Positions 18,776-28,345 are shown, counted from the first letter of the stretch. The stretch: DNA of 62,346 nucleotides from a virus (IMGVR_UViG_3300036790_000248:1-62346); one strand, 5' to 3'. Notes: a model not told the origin generated them from the letters alone. Translations and numbers: made by a program.

Positions 18776-19009
18776 TTAGGACGGGTCGCCGATGGACTCG
18801 CGCTGCTCGAAGTGGGCGGAGGCCGCCGAGCCTTCGGTGAGGTCGATTGAGAGTCGGCCCGTGGCACGTTCGGAGATGAGAAGGCACAGGATGTCGATGA
18901 CGAAGCCAGCGATTTCGCGGCGGTTGCGGAGCCAGCGGCGGGAGCGGGACAGGAAGTGGCGCTCGTCGGTGATGTATTCGGGGATCGCGGACGAGGCAGG
19001 AGTGGCCAT
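18776..19009 (-). CDS. Small protein, YezD/DUF2292-like C-terminus
   Basis: TGRLSIDLTEGSAASAHFEQRES resembles the YezD pattern; TGATG-coupled to portal. Confidence 0.5.
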   Translation of the reverse strand: MATPASSAIPEYITDERHFLSRSRRWLRNRREIAGFVIDILCLLISERATGRLSIDLTEGSAASAHFEQRESIGDPS

Positions 19010-21036
19010 CAGACGACGCGCCCCCCTCCCGCGCTCTCAGTAATTGTGCTTCTGCCGTTTGGCTTCTCCTTAAGAGCTGGAGCCTCTTGGCCGGAGGGTG
19101 GGCGGCCTTCCTGTTGCTTGCCGCCCGCTGCGGCGCCTGCGGGATTCATCGCCCCTTGTTCCGTTAGGCTCATGCCCAACTCTTTCATCCGCGCCGCGAA
19201 CATCAGGTTGAGTTCCTGCTCGTTCTCGAATTTCTCGCGCACCGTCGATCCCTTGATATGGCCGTAGTTGGGCACGTTGCACGCGTCGGCAATGGTCTGC
19301 GAATCGATCTGGATGCCCGCCTTCTTGAGCTGAATGAGCATCAGGCGCTGGGACATCTGCGTGATTTCATGGAGTGAGCGCGGCGTGATGACGAAACGTA
19401 AGGCCGACGCGAACACTCGTGCGCGCGCGATCTTGCCCGTCGGAGACTCTTTCGGCGCGGTCTTGGTGCCGGGGTCTTCGCCGGGGAGGTGTGATGGCAC
19501 CATTGTGTCCGGGTCGTAGTCGAAGGGCTCCATGGTCATCGCGTCCTCGCCGACCACCTGCATGAACCGGGCCGGGGGGACGTATTGCAGCGACAGGAAC
19601 TTCACCTGGTCGGCGATCTCGCGCATCGGCGGCTCCATCGAGCGCGACATGTCCTCGACGATCGGCCCGGCGGATTCGAGGATCTTCTCCAAGTCGTCGC
19701 CCGCGCCGCGGGCCTTGGCGAGGGCCAGCGCGTCGTGGATGCCGTGCTGCGAATCCATGGCCTCGCGCAGGAGTTCGTAGAATTTCAGCGTCTCGGCGGA
19801 GGTAGCGTAGACCTCCGGCGGCACGACCATCTCGAAGGGCTTGGAGGATTGTGCTCCGTCGAACCCGGCGCGCACCCGCGGCTGCATAGGGTCGAACTGC
19901 TGCGCCTCCTTCTTGGTCACGGAGTTGATGTCGTAGGCCAGCGGGAGGTCGAGCTTGGCGCGCTCCTTGTCCATGGTGCCGCGCTCGATCTCGGTCATGG
20001 ATTGCTGGATGTCGTAGCCGTCGCGCACCATCGAGAAGCCGAGAGGTTCCCACGGCCAGTGGTCGGTGGAGAACGGGACGGCGGGGAAGCGACCGTGCCA
20101 GTCGAACGAGGGGCCGTCGTAGAGGACGACGGATTCCGAGGAGATGAGCAGGCGGCGGTAGGGGTACAGGAGGTCGCCGGGCTGGACAGTGTAGGCCCAC
20201 GACGTGCCCGGCTCGCCCATCGGGATGTCGCGGGAGGTGGTGTTGCGCGTGAGGTCGATGACGTAGGTGTAGCGGATCGGCACCATTAGGTCGCCGATGC
20301 CGGGCAGCGCGGACGAGGACTTGCCGAACGAGAACATCCGTTGCCACAGGTTGCCCTGCGCCGAACGCCGGATTTCGTTGGAGTACCAGTAGAGGGAGGA
20401 GGTCGGGCGGAGTTCCGATTGGTAGCGGGGGAACATCCCGTGCGCCATGTAGATCGGCATCTCGTCGAGGATGGTCATCGCGTACGCCTGCTGGAAGTCG
20501 CCGGACGGGGGGAGCTGCGTGGGGAGGATGCAGGGCGCGCCGTAGGACAGAAGGCGGACGGCTCCCTGGCCCTGGCCGCCGAAGTCGCGGGAGTAGACGG
20601 GCCGGATCCATCCGGTCGAGGTGGCGGCGGCGTACTGGAGGGCTTCCTTGATTTTCACGTCGGCGTAGGTTTCCAGCCACCACGCGCGGACGTAGAGGTT
20701 GAACAGTTCCGCGTTGGGCGCGAAGGCCGGGTTGTCGGAGGAGTAGCCCCATAGAGGGCGGAGTTTCGCCAGCGTGCCCACGACCTCGCGGATGTTGCGT
20801 TTGAGATGGTTCGTGTTCAGAGAGGATCGGTATTTCACCGGTTCCGGGCCGACGCGGCCGGAGATCACGTCAAGGGCGCGGCGCCAGTCGGTGTGGCCGC
20901 GCTGGCGCTTGAGCCAGTCCATGCCGGATTCGGTGTTTTCGTTGAGCCAGCCGAGGCGGCGTTCCGGCGGCGCGGCAGCAGGCGGGCACTGCCACTCGTG
21001 GAGTTTGCCGTCGTTGCGGGGAGAGTCGACGCTCAT
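19009..21036 (-). CDS. Portal protein
   Basis: About 675 aa between terminase and scaffold/capsid; LNTNHLKRNIREVV, SFDWHGRFPAVPF patterns; ATGA overlap at 21033-21036. Confidence 0.8.
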   Translation of the reverse strand: MSVDSPRNDGKLHEWQCPPAAAPPERRLGWLNENTESGMDWLKRQRGHTDWRRALDVISGRVGPEPVKYRSSLNTNHLKRNIREVVGTLAKLRPLWGYSSDNPAFAPNAELFNLYVRAWWLETYADVKIKEALQYAAATSTGWIRPVYSRDFGGQGQGAVRLLSYGAPCILPTQLPPSGDFQQAYAMTILDEMPIYMAHGMFPRYQSELRPTSSLYWYSNEIRRSAQGNLWQRMFSFGKSSSALPGIGDLMVPIRYTYVIDLTRNTTSRDIPMGEPGTSWAYTVQPGDLLYPYRRLLISSESVVLYDGPSFDWHGRFPAVPFSTDHWPWEPLGFSMVRDGYDIQQSMTEIERGTMDKERAKLDLPLAYDINSVTKKEAQQFDPMQPRVRAGFDGAQSSKPFEMVVPPEVYATSAETLKFYELLREAMDSQHGIHDALALAKARGAGDDLEKILESAGPIVEDMSRSMEPPMREIADQVKFLSLQYVPPARFMQVVGEDAMTMEPFDYDPDTMVPSHLPGEDPGTKTAPKESPTGKIARARVFASALRFVITPRSLHEITQMSQRLMLIQLKKAGIQIDSQTIADACNVPNYGHIKGSTVREKFENEQELNLMFAARMKELGMSLTEQGAMNPAGAAAGGKQQEGRPPSGQEAPALKEKPNGRSTITESAGGGRVV

Positions 21037-21251
21037 CGCCGGGGCACCCAGTCCAGCCACAGGACGGAAGGTTGTGGGTCGGCGCGGAGAGTCGATTCGG
21101 CCTCCGCACGGCGGGACTCCATCAGGGCGTGTTCCGCGGCGTCGCAGGTGTCGGAGATCCGGTAGGTAAAGGAGCCGTCGGGCAGAAGCTCCCCGGCGGC
21201 GAGGATGCGTTGCGCGCCCGCGTGAGAGTCAATGAAGGCTTGGTCGATCAT
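21033..21251 (-). CDS. Hypothetical protein
   Basis: ATGA-coupled to both neighbours. Confidence 0.55.
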   Translation of the reverse strand: MIDQAFIDSHAGAQRILAAGELLPDGSFTYRISDTCDAAEHALMESRRAEAESTLRADPQPSVLWLDWVPRR

Positions 21252-21664
21252 AGGGATTCACCGAGGAGTTCTTCCGCGTTGCGCGGGTGGTCGTTCTCGC
21301 GGAGTTCCAGGTACGCCCGGTCGCACGCGAATCTGGCGCGGTACTTGTCACGCTTCTCCTCGCGCAGCTTGACGTATTCGCGCAGGAAGTCTTTCTCGTA
21401 GGGCGTGGTCGCGGAGGAGGCCATGCGCGCCGAGAGCCGGGACGCAACCTCGGATCGGGCAATGGCGAACGCCTGCTCGTCGGCGATGAGTTCGCGCTGG
21501 CAGCGGGCGTAGGTGGCCTGCTGGAGCCGGCGTTGCAGCGCGTCCACCTCGGCGAGCGTGTTGGCCTCGCGGTCGATGCAATCGGCGGGGCAGGGGATGT
21601 CGTCGGAGGGCGGCAGGAGGATGGTGCCGTCGCGGCGCTCGAAATAGCGGAGATGAATGGCCAT
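21248..21664 (-). CDS. Hypothetical protein
   Basis: 138 aa, GAGGGG RBS, downstream of terminase. Confidence 0.65.
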   Translation of the reverse strand: MAIHLRYFERRDGTILLPPSDDIPCPADCIDREANTLAEVDALQRRLQQATYARCQRELIADEQAFAIARSEVASRLSARMASSATTPYEKDFLREYVKLREEKRDKYRARFACDRAYLELRENDHPRNAEELLGESL

Positions 21665-21699
21665 CGGTCGTCGTCCCTCAGCGCAACGTTATCACACGA

Positions 21700-23958
21700 T
21701 CACAATTCGTCCAACGTCAAAGGTCGGTAGGCGTCGAGCGACGCGGTGGGGAAGCGCGCGCCTGCCGAAGGCGAGATGTCGATCGGCGGCAGGCGGGTGG
21801 CGTTGGCGTCGCCCATGAACCGTTTCGCCGTACGGTCGGTCTTGGATTGCTTGCCGCGCACGATCTCGATGGAGATGGCGGCGGCGAAGATGCCGTCGTC
21901 GTGCTCGCCGTCCTCGTGCTCCTGCTTGACCTTGCCGCTGGCGGTGGAGTGGGACTCGAAGTGCTCGCATTCGTGCAGCGTCCACGGGGAGTTGAGCTCG
22001 TACCAGCCGTTGCGGATGGCGTCGATGAACGAGCCGATGAGGATCGGGCGCGACCAGCCGAACGTGTACCAGCCCAGTTTGTTGGACTTGGTGGACTTGG
22101 CCGAGTCGTAGCGCTGGAAGCGGAAGATGCGCGCGTATCCCATCTGGCGCATCTGCGTGGTGACCACGTCGCCGACCGACGCCACCTGTTCCGGCGCGAC
22201 CAGTGGTTGATGGTGCAGCGCGCCGGGATCGGTCATGGCGGCGGCGTAGTAGGACGCGATGGCCATGGCGAACGCGAACGCCTGCACGTGCGAGACGTAG
22301 CAGGAGCGGAACTCGGCGGCCTGAACGTCGGGCAGGCCGGGCCGGGGCGCGATCTCGGTGACGCAGATGACGGTCGAGTCGTTGCCCGTGCCGCCAGCGG
22401 TGTCGATGCCGATGGAGTAGTCGACGCCGGAGCGCGGCGGGTGCCACACGAACAGTTTGCCCTGCGCGTAGTCCCAGAACGCGTCGGGATTGGAGTGGCG
22501 CCAGGCGTCGACGCGGGCGTGGTCGTGGAGGAGCGGGATGAGCTCCCAGTTGTAGACGGGCCCACGCGGAGAGCGGAACGTGACCGGGATGCGCGGGCGC
22601 GGCGCGGAGGAGGAGCCGTAGTCGATGTCGTCCGGCGGAGGTTCGTACTCGTCCTCGATGGATTGGCCGGAGATGCCGTAGACGGCGTAGTCGCGCTTGC
22701 GGGCGCGGTCGACGCGATCCATCACGTCATAGCCGAACACGGACTCGGACGAGCGCTGGAGGGCTTCGGTGTCGTCGCCCGCCATCTCCTGAAACCACGT
22801 GGATTCCAGTCCCTTCGCCTTAGCTTCCTCATGGCCGATTTCCCAATAATATTGTTGCTCCAGCGGCATCGAGCCGTCGGCCCACCACGACCGTTTATCG
22901 CGCGGCAGGGTAGGATGCGGCGCGCACAGGTGGCGGCGGATCATGTCATGCGTACGGACGTACAACTCAGCCTTGGCCACGTGCTCCCGCGTATCCGGCA
23001 GGCGGCGGGAGTGGAAGTCCGGCGGAACAGGATGCGCCCGCAGCCACGCAGGCTTCGGGTAGATATCGAGTCCCACGAACCACGGCAGGAACAGCGGCAG
23101 CAGGCGCGATTGGCCCTCGGCGAAGTTGGACTTTGAGAAGCGCCAGGTGTCGGCCCACCAACCGACGTCGCCTTCGCCGGTGGATTCGAGAATGCCGAAT
23201 ATCGAGGGAGAGGGGTGGACGGCCTTGAACAGCGCGGCTTCGATCTGGTCGGCGGCGTTGGAGAACGATGCGCATTCGGAGAGATGGTAGACGGTCGGCG
23301 TGGCGCCGCGAGCGATACCACTCATTTGGTTGCCGTGCTGGATCGAGACGCCGGAGTTGAGGGAGCCAAATTCCAGCTTCCCACGGTCACTCTCGACGCG
23401 CGCCGTGTACTGAGGCCGCAGCCACACGGGAAGCATGTCGTATGCCATCAGGAGTTTCTTGGCCATCATGAGGGATTTCCCCTGATCGGCGGACGCGATG
23501 ACCGCGTTGACGCCGTAGGAGAACACGATGCGGATCATGATGAGGAGTTCGACGACGGTGGTCATGCCCAGCTGGCGCGCCTTCAGGATCATGATTTCGA
23601 TGGCCACGTCACGGGATTCGAGGTCGCCGATGATGCCGAACAGGATGGCTTGCGCGATGCGAAACGCGAACCGCCGGATCACCCCTTCCTCGTCGATCAC
23701 GAAGCCGTAGCGGGTGACGGCGTAGTCGGCGTCGCACATGACGAGGCAGCGCTCGTTGAGCATCCACTGGCGCTCCCAGGCGTCGAGATGGTGGACGCTG
23801 CAGGGGCGTCCGTCGGCGTCGAGGATGTAGCGGGATTCGTCGGTGAGCCACGTCTCGAACGCCTCGACCTCGTCGATCGAATGGCGCACGGGGACGAAGC
23901 CGAAGACGTCCTCGACTTCGGTGCGGATGCGGGCGGCGACTTTGTCGGGGTGGTACAT
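21700..23958 (-). CDS. terL: Terminase large subunit
   Basis: Walker A ILKARQLGMTT, Walker B YHLSE, coupling ESTG, nuclease YSIGIDTAGG...DSTVI...HDD. Confidence 0.93.
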   Translation of the reverse strand: MYHPDKVAARIRTEVEDVFGFVPVRHSIDEVEAFETWLTDESRYILDADGRPCSVHHLDAWERQWMLNERCLVMCDADYAVTRYGFVIDEEGVIRRFAFRIAQAILFGIIGDLESRDVAIEIMILKARQLGMTTVVELLIMIRIVFSYGVNAVIASADQGKSLMMAKKLLMAYDMLPVWLRPQYTARVESDRGKLEFGSLNSGVSIQHGNQMSGIARGATPTVYHLSECASFSNAADQIEAALFKAVHPSPSIFGILESTGEGDVGWWADTWRFSKSNFAEGQSRLLPLFLPWFVGLDIYPKPAWLRAHPVPPDFHSRRLPDTREHVAKAELYVRTHDMIRRHLCAPHPTLPRDKRSWWADGSMPLEQQYYWEIGHEEAKAKGLESTWFQEMAGDDTEALQRSSESVFGYDVMDRVDRARKRDYAVYGISGQSIEDEYEPPPDDIDYGSSSAPRPRIPVTFRSPRGPVYNWELIPLLHDHARVDAWRHSNPDAFWDYAQGKLFVWHPPRSGVDYSIGIDTAGGTGNDSTVICVTEIAPRPGLPDVQAAEFRSCYVSHVQAFAFAMAIASYYAAAMTDPGALHHQPLVAPEQVASVGDVVTTQMRQMGYARIFRFQRYDSAKSTKSNKLGWYTFGWSRPILIGSFIDAIRNGWYELNSPWTLHECEHFESHSTASGKVKQEHEDGEHDDGIFAAAISIEIVRGKQSKTDRTAKRFMGDANATRLPPIDISPSAGARFPTASLDAYRPLTLDEL

Positions 23959-23964
23959 CGGCGG

Positions 23965-24702
23965 CTAGGAGTCGGCCTCGGACTCGGACTCGGAGTCCAC
24001 GTATTCCGCGTCTACCGTCACCGGCTCCCGCGCCGCGACGCGAGGCATGAACGCCTGCGGGCCGGTGGTCGTCGGTGCGGCTGGCAACTCCTTCGTCGCC
24101 GCGGACGCGAGGGCCGCGGACGCCTGCTGGCGCCGTTCGACGATGCGCCGGATCGTGTCCTCCGGCGACGCGAGGGAGGTGGCGTCGGACTTGGCGGCGG
24201 AGATAGCCGTCGCCGTGACGCCGATGTTGATCGTCGATCCCTTGGGAGATGGCGTGAATCCCATGTGCTTCAGGTGGGCCATCCTGTCTTCCACGCCCTC
24301 CGGCGTCTCCGCGACGGCGGAGGACACGGCGACGATGGCCTCGTGGCGTTCCGCAGCTTTGATCGCGCCCAGTTGCGCCTTCTGGAGCCGGATCACTTCC
24401 GCGATCACGCCCCACAGCCGCGTGGGGGAGAGGCCGGCGGCGACTGAGAACGCTTCCACGGGGAGAGTCCGGCGGACGTAGGCCGGCAGGAGCGGATTGT
24501 CGTACTTGGAGACGAAATGGCGCGCTTCCGGGAGGTCTGAGGCGCGCAGTGCATCGAGGACGGCAGGCAGGCCGCCGCCGACCTTGGCGATCAGGGAGGA
24601 GATTCGCGGCGCGTCGTCGACGGCCTTGGGATCGACGCCGAGGATCAGGTAGGCGCGGGCGCGGCGGTCGCGGGAGGCGGGAGTGGAGGCGAAGGGGCTC
24701 AC
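23965..24702 (-). CDS. Probable terminase small subunit
   Basis: Directly upstream of terL; helical with acidic tail. Confidence 0.5.
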   Translation of the reverse strand: MSPFASTPASRDRRARAYLILGVDPKAVDDAPRISSLIAKVGGGLPAVLDALRASDLPEARHFVSKYDNPLLPAYVRRTLPVEAFSVAAGLSPTRLWGVIAEVIRLQKAQLGAIKAAERHEAIVAVSSAVAETPEGVEDRMAHLKHMGFTPSPKGSTINIGVTATAISAAKSDATSLASPEDTIRRIVERRQQASAALASAATKELPAAPTTTGPQAFMPRVAAREPVTVDAEYVDSESESEADS

Positions 24703-24881
24703 CGGCTGGCTCCATCGGCCCGGCCCCGGTCGTCGAATCCGCGCTCGAAGTCCTCCGGCGTGGCGACGGAGAACTCAGCAGGCCGTCGCGCCAGCGTTGG
24801 CGTCGGCGGGTGGGCACGCTCCAGCGATTCCGCGATGCGGCGGAGGTAGACGAGGGCGCGACCCGGTGCAGTGACGAGCAT
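24699..24881 (-). CDS. Hypothetical protein
   Basis: 60 aa; stop overlaps next start. Confidence 0.5.
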   Translation of the reverse strand: MLVTAPGRALVYLRRIAESLERAHPPTPTLARRPAEFSVATPEDFERGFDDRGRADGASR

Positions 24882-24883
24882 AG

Positions 24884-25009
24884 CTAACTATTACACCTCA
24901 CCAACGTTAATGCCCATTCTACGGCTTGGCCCCAACTGAAGCAGGGGGCAAGGATGCTGTTGTACTCTACCGCCCAGTAATTTCCGAACTTAAACACTCG
25001 TGGCTTCAT
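24884..25009 (-). CDS. Hypothetical peptide (41 aa)
   Basis: MKPRVFKFGNYWAVEYNSILAPCFSWGQAVEWALTLVRCNS exactly fills the gap. Confidence 0.5.
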   Translation of the reverse strand: MKPRVFKFGNYWAVEYNSILAPCFSWGQAVEWALTLVRCNS

Positions 25010-25010
25010 G

Positions 25011-25328
25011 CTATCGATATCCCTTTCTCCACGTTTCCTTTGGAATTGGTGGTCGTTTGTAGGGTCGAGACGGGATAGGCTTTCGCGGTGGAGATGGCCT
25101 ACGCAATCTCAGATCGTTATCCATCTTCCAGAAGTGAAACTGACAGTCACTTTCCGCCGTTGCTAGATGCACGGTACTAATGCCGTCGTTGTCTTTCATC
25201 ACGTCGAATAATATCCCCGCGCCCGTACCTGCGAGTGGTCTACCATTCTTGTCGTTGATGTCAATCATGCCTGTCTTCCAATGAATGACGATGTTGATCT
25301 GCGTGATGTCACGACGCTGCCTACTCAT
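25011..25328 (-). CDS. Hypothetical protein
   Basis: 105 aa, ATGA-coupled. Confidence 0.6.
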   Translation of the reverse strand: MSRQRRDITQINIVIHWKTGMIDINDKNGRPLAGTGAGILFDVMKDNDGISTVHLATAESDCQFHFWKMDNDLRLRRPSPPRKPIPSRPYKRPPIPKETWRKGYR

Positions 25329-25900
25329 AGACCTAGCTCTTTCCGCTGCTCCTCGGTCACGTCCGTGAGGTCGGGCAGCGGGAACTCTGCGCTAGCAGCC
25401 ATGCCAATGTCTGACGGGTGGTATTGCACGAGGCGCTCCGTCGAATGGCCGTCCTGTCCCATCGTCGTGACTTCGATCGGCAGCGAGTGCTCGATGCGGG
25501 CCAGGTTGGGAGAGTCGATATCGCGGACGAGTTGCGTCGATTGGAACACGGTGGGGGCGGCGTCGCAGGCGTCGGGGGCGACGGAGGTGGCGTCGTCCGT
25601 TGGCGGCGGCGGAGGCGGCGCGAGCGTCGGCCCCGGCTCCAGCGCGGCGAGGGCGGGCGTCCGAGCGACCGCGTCGTCGGCGGCGGGCCGGGAGCGCACC
25701 GCGTCCACCGAGACCGGGATCGCGGGCAGGCCGAGGTGCAGGGTCAGGCGGAGTTCGTAGGCGATGCGCGGGTAGGCGGTCTGGCCGGAAAGCAGGCCGT
25801 TATCGGCCAGCATCCGGGCCACGTCGGCGAGAATTATTTGCGAGAGTTCCGTCCCTTGCAGCGCCTTGTTGCTAACCAGCTCCCTGCTCGTTGGGCTCAT
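25325..25900 (-). CDS. Hypothetical protein
   Basis: AAGGAG RBS before MSPTSRELVSNK. Confidence 0.65.
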   Translation of the reverse strand: MSPTSRELVSNKALQGTELSQIILADVARMLADNGLLSGQTAYPRIAYELRLTLHLGLPAIPVSVDAVRSRPAADDAVARTPALAALEPGPTLAPPPPPPTDDATSVAPDACDAAPTVFQSTQLVRDIDSPNLARIEHSLPIEVTTMGQDGHSTERLVQYHPSDIGMAASAEFPLPDLTDVTEEQRKELGL

Positions 25901-26222
25901 GGGTGGTGCTCCTTCGTAGTCGTCGTTGAGTATAGTCGTTGGCCTTGGCCTCCAGCGCGGCGCGGGAGAGTCGAGGGTCGTCGAGGGCGAGGCGGCGGAT
26001 GACACGGAGAGGGAGGCCGCGGGCCAGGAGGGAGGCCAGCCATCTTGCGTGGGCCTGTCGCGCCTTTTCAAGAGGGAATATTCCAAAGTCCGCATAATGG
26101 AATGGCAGTGTTGTCAGCCACACCGTCACCGGGCCTTCCCAGTGCTCCCAGCGGTCGGCGGCGATCCGGTCGAAGCGGGGCGTCGTCGTGAGGGCGGAGG
26201 TGGGCGTGGTGGCGAGGGTCAT
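25872..26222 (-). CDS. Hypothetical protein
   Basis: MTLATTPTSA...; ATGA overlap with upstream gene. Confidence 0.55.
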   Translation of the reverse strand: MTLATTPTSALTTTPRFDRIAADRWEHWEGPVTVWLTTLPFHYADFGIFPLEKARQAHARWLASLLARGLPLRVIRRLALDDPRLSRAALEAKANDYTQRRLRRSTTHEPNEQGAG

Positions 26223-26770
26223 CGCGTCCCCCCTTCGCGCTCCAGTTCGTCCAATCCCGGCGGCGGCGGCACTGTCCGGCGCAGGTGCGGCCTCGGCGGC
26301 GGCGCGGCGGCGATCCGCGGCGGGGTCTGAGGTGCATCCGGCACAGGCAGCGAGTCCATCTCCAGCGCCGTCGTGACTTCCTCGACGGCACGGCGCGGCA
26401 GCGCGGCCTCCAGCTCCCGCACTTTGGCTTTGTGGCGGTAGAGACGGCGGCGCGCGACCGCCTCGGCGCGCATCTTCTCCTGCGTCGCGGGCGCGATCCG
26501 CGAGGGTCGCCGCGCGTTGGCGCGCACGCCCGGCCGATCCCAGTAAGAGGAGTGGCAGTTCGGGCAGGAGGTCGGATGCGGGTTGCGGTAGGGCCGCCAC
26601 TCGCCGAACAGGCGGCCGTAGCCGCAGCGGCGGCACCACAGCGGGAGCTGCCGACGAGGGTTCGCGGTCAGGGCCGCCCACAGCCTGGAGTCGGCGTCTT
26701 CCTCCGCCTCCAATTCCCACGCCCGGTCGCGTTCGCGTTCGCGTTCGCGTTGTACGTCGTCCGTTATCAT
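26219..26770 (-). CDS. Zn-ribbon protein (possible DNA-binding regulator)
   Basis: CRRCGY...WRP...PTSCPNCHSSYWDRP. Confidence 0.65.
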   Translation of the reverse strand: MITDDVQRERERERDRAWELEAEEDADSRLWAALTANPRRQLPLWCRRCGYGRLFGEWRPYRNPHPTSCPNCHSSYWDRPGVRANARRPSRIAPATQEKMRAEAVARRRLYRHKAKVRELEAALPRRAVEEVTTALEMDSLPVPDAPQTPPRIAAAPPPRPHLRRTVPPPPGLDELEREGGTR

Positions 26771-27051
26771 TGTTTCGTCAGCGTCGACTCTTGTTCCGGT
26801 TCCTTCAACTTGTATACGTCCGCCAGCTGCGACCCGGCGACGAACTGCACCGGCACGGTCGCGATCAGCACGATCTCGCCGGGCATGGCAAGCGCACCTT
26901 CCGGGCCGGTAGCGAGCACCGTCGATGCCGGGCGCACGTCGACCACGCGAAAGTTGAGCGCGGGGGACTGGAGCGAAGCGCGCACCAAGTCCCCCTTCTT
27001 GAGCGTGTTGCCCAGCGCGTCCAGCGGCCAGCTGCGGTCGGCGTTGCTCAT
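26767..27051 (-). CDS. Hypothetical protein (SH3-like beta barrel)
   Basis: DALGNTLKKGDLV pattern; ATGA-coupled. Confidence 0.6.
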   Translation of the reverse strand: MSNADRSWPLDALGNTLKKGDLVRASLQSPALNFRVVDVRPASTVLATGPEGALAMPGEIVLIATVPVQFVAGSQLADVYKLKEPEQESTLTKQ

Positions 27052-27542
27052 GCGGTCTGGGATATCTCCAATCCCGTCGGAGTCGGCTGGAGCAGCGGCA
27101 CGGACACGGTGCCCGCGACCGGCGACGGCGCGCCCGGCGGCGTGAACGAGGATGTACACGTGAGATTGAACGCCGTCGCGGTGTCTGTGGCGACCGTTTG
27201 CGCGGTCACCGATGTCCCGTCCGCCGATGGTGTCAGGGTCACGTTGGTGTCGTCTGACGTCCAAGTGAAGGTCGTCCCGGCGGGGAAGATGGTGCCCGCG
27301 GGGGTAGGGGTCTCGGCGAATGTGCCCGCCGAACCGAGAGTGATTCCGTTGATAGCCATGATCGTAGCTCCTTGAATCTGTGAGATTTGTAGCGTTGTGG
27401 GAATGCGGGCGAGGAGGAACCCTAAGTGGAGCAGCGTGTCCAGCAGGCGGTCGGATCGTCGGAACGATTCTCGCACCAAAACCAGCAACCAGCCTAGAAT
27501 CAACGCGATAGCTATCAGTGCGAGGAGCATAGCCGGTGCCAT
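27048..27542 (-). CDS. Ig-like (Big_2-like) protein with N-terminal TM anchor; internal in-frame start at 27359
   Basis: FTWTSDDTNVTLTPSADGTSVT motif; AAGGAG RBS 8 nt before ATG 27359. Confidence 0.7.
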   Translation of the reverse strand: MAPAMLLALIAIALILGWLLVLVRESFRRSDRLLDTLLHLGFLLARIPTTLQISQIQGATIMAINGITLGSAGTFAETPTPAGTIFPAGTTFTWTSDDTNVTLTPSADGTSVTAQTVATDTATAFNLTCTSSFTPPGAPSPVAGTVSVPLLQPTPTGLEISQTA

Positions 27543-27549
27543 GGAGGAC

Positions 27550-27579
27550 AGCGTAACACGGGCTGGAACGCGGTGTCAA
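27550..27579 (-). promoter_or_regulatory. Sigma70-like leftward promoter (probably leaderless)
   Basis: TTGACA-18 nt-TACGCT with TG extension; ATG 27542 lies 7 nt downstream of the -10. Confidence 0.6.
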
Positions 27580-27599
27580 GGTGAATGTAGCGTAACTTT

Positions 27600-28300
27600 A
27601 CGGCCCCCCCCCCCCCTCCTCCCTCCCCGGAAGTGGGATCGACGCGACCGTTCGAACGAGATCGATGATTCGCGTCGATTCGCGTCGATCCTCGGCCTCC
27701 CTCCCTCCTTCCTCCCGCCTCCCGCGGCGACGAGCAAAATTATAAAAATAAAATTAGTGAGAATGACGCGAGGGGGAGTGGGAGGATGTCTCCGTCCGAG
27801 GGCCGCCCCTTCCTGCGGACAACTCGGCCGGGGCCGCGGCCGGCGCCGCCGACGCGGGATGCGCGGGGTGGAGATCCGTTAACCGTTAACGCCAGCGACG
27901 GCGACGCCGACCCTCCCTCGTAGTTTATACGACGTTAGTTTAACGCTGTATAAGGAATGGCTTGGGGACGCGGGAACCCGCGCGGGACAAGGGATTGCGA
28001 CGCGGACGTGGGGACGGAGGAGGGACTGAGGGACAAGGGACTGGCGCTGGCGCTGGCGCTGGCGAACCGTCGGCGGAACCGACCGACCAGTCGGTATCGG
28101 CGGACGCGGGAGGAGGCGGCGCACCAATCCCACTCCTCCACCATCCCTACTATCCCTATCAGGATCATGCCAAGTATCCCCATAATCCCTACTAAGTCTA
28201 TGGCACACATCGGCCTAGGGAGGATGCAACCGACTGGCCAATCGGTATCCGCGTTGATATCTGCCAGTGTGGGGCGGATTATTTTGCGAGTTACGCTACT
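27600..28300. other. Non-coding divergence region; candidate origin or packaging/terminus region
   Basis: C13 run, inverted repeat GATCGACGCGA/TCGCGTCGATC, AT-rich core 27736-27756, (CTGGCG)4, ATCCCTA-type repeats. Confidence 0.5.
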
Positions 28301-28306
28301 TTTCTC

Positions 28307-28335
28307 TTGACACACGTGTAAGGTCGCGGTAGAGT
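28307..28335 (+). promoter_or_regulatory. Sigma70-like early promoter
   Basis: TTGACA-17 nt-TAGAGT. Confidence 0.75.
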
Positions 28336-28345
28336 GTGCATGTCA

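Noticed and set aside
1206-24447. Long plus-strand ORFs antisense to structural genes (e.g. 1206-3149, 4954-6360, 15615-17048, 21847-23136)
   Set aside because: Shadow ORFs expected from high-GC codon bias; Arg/Gly-rich with no motifs
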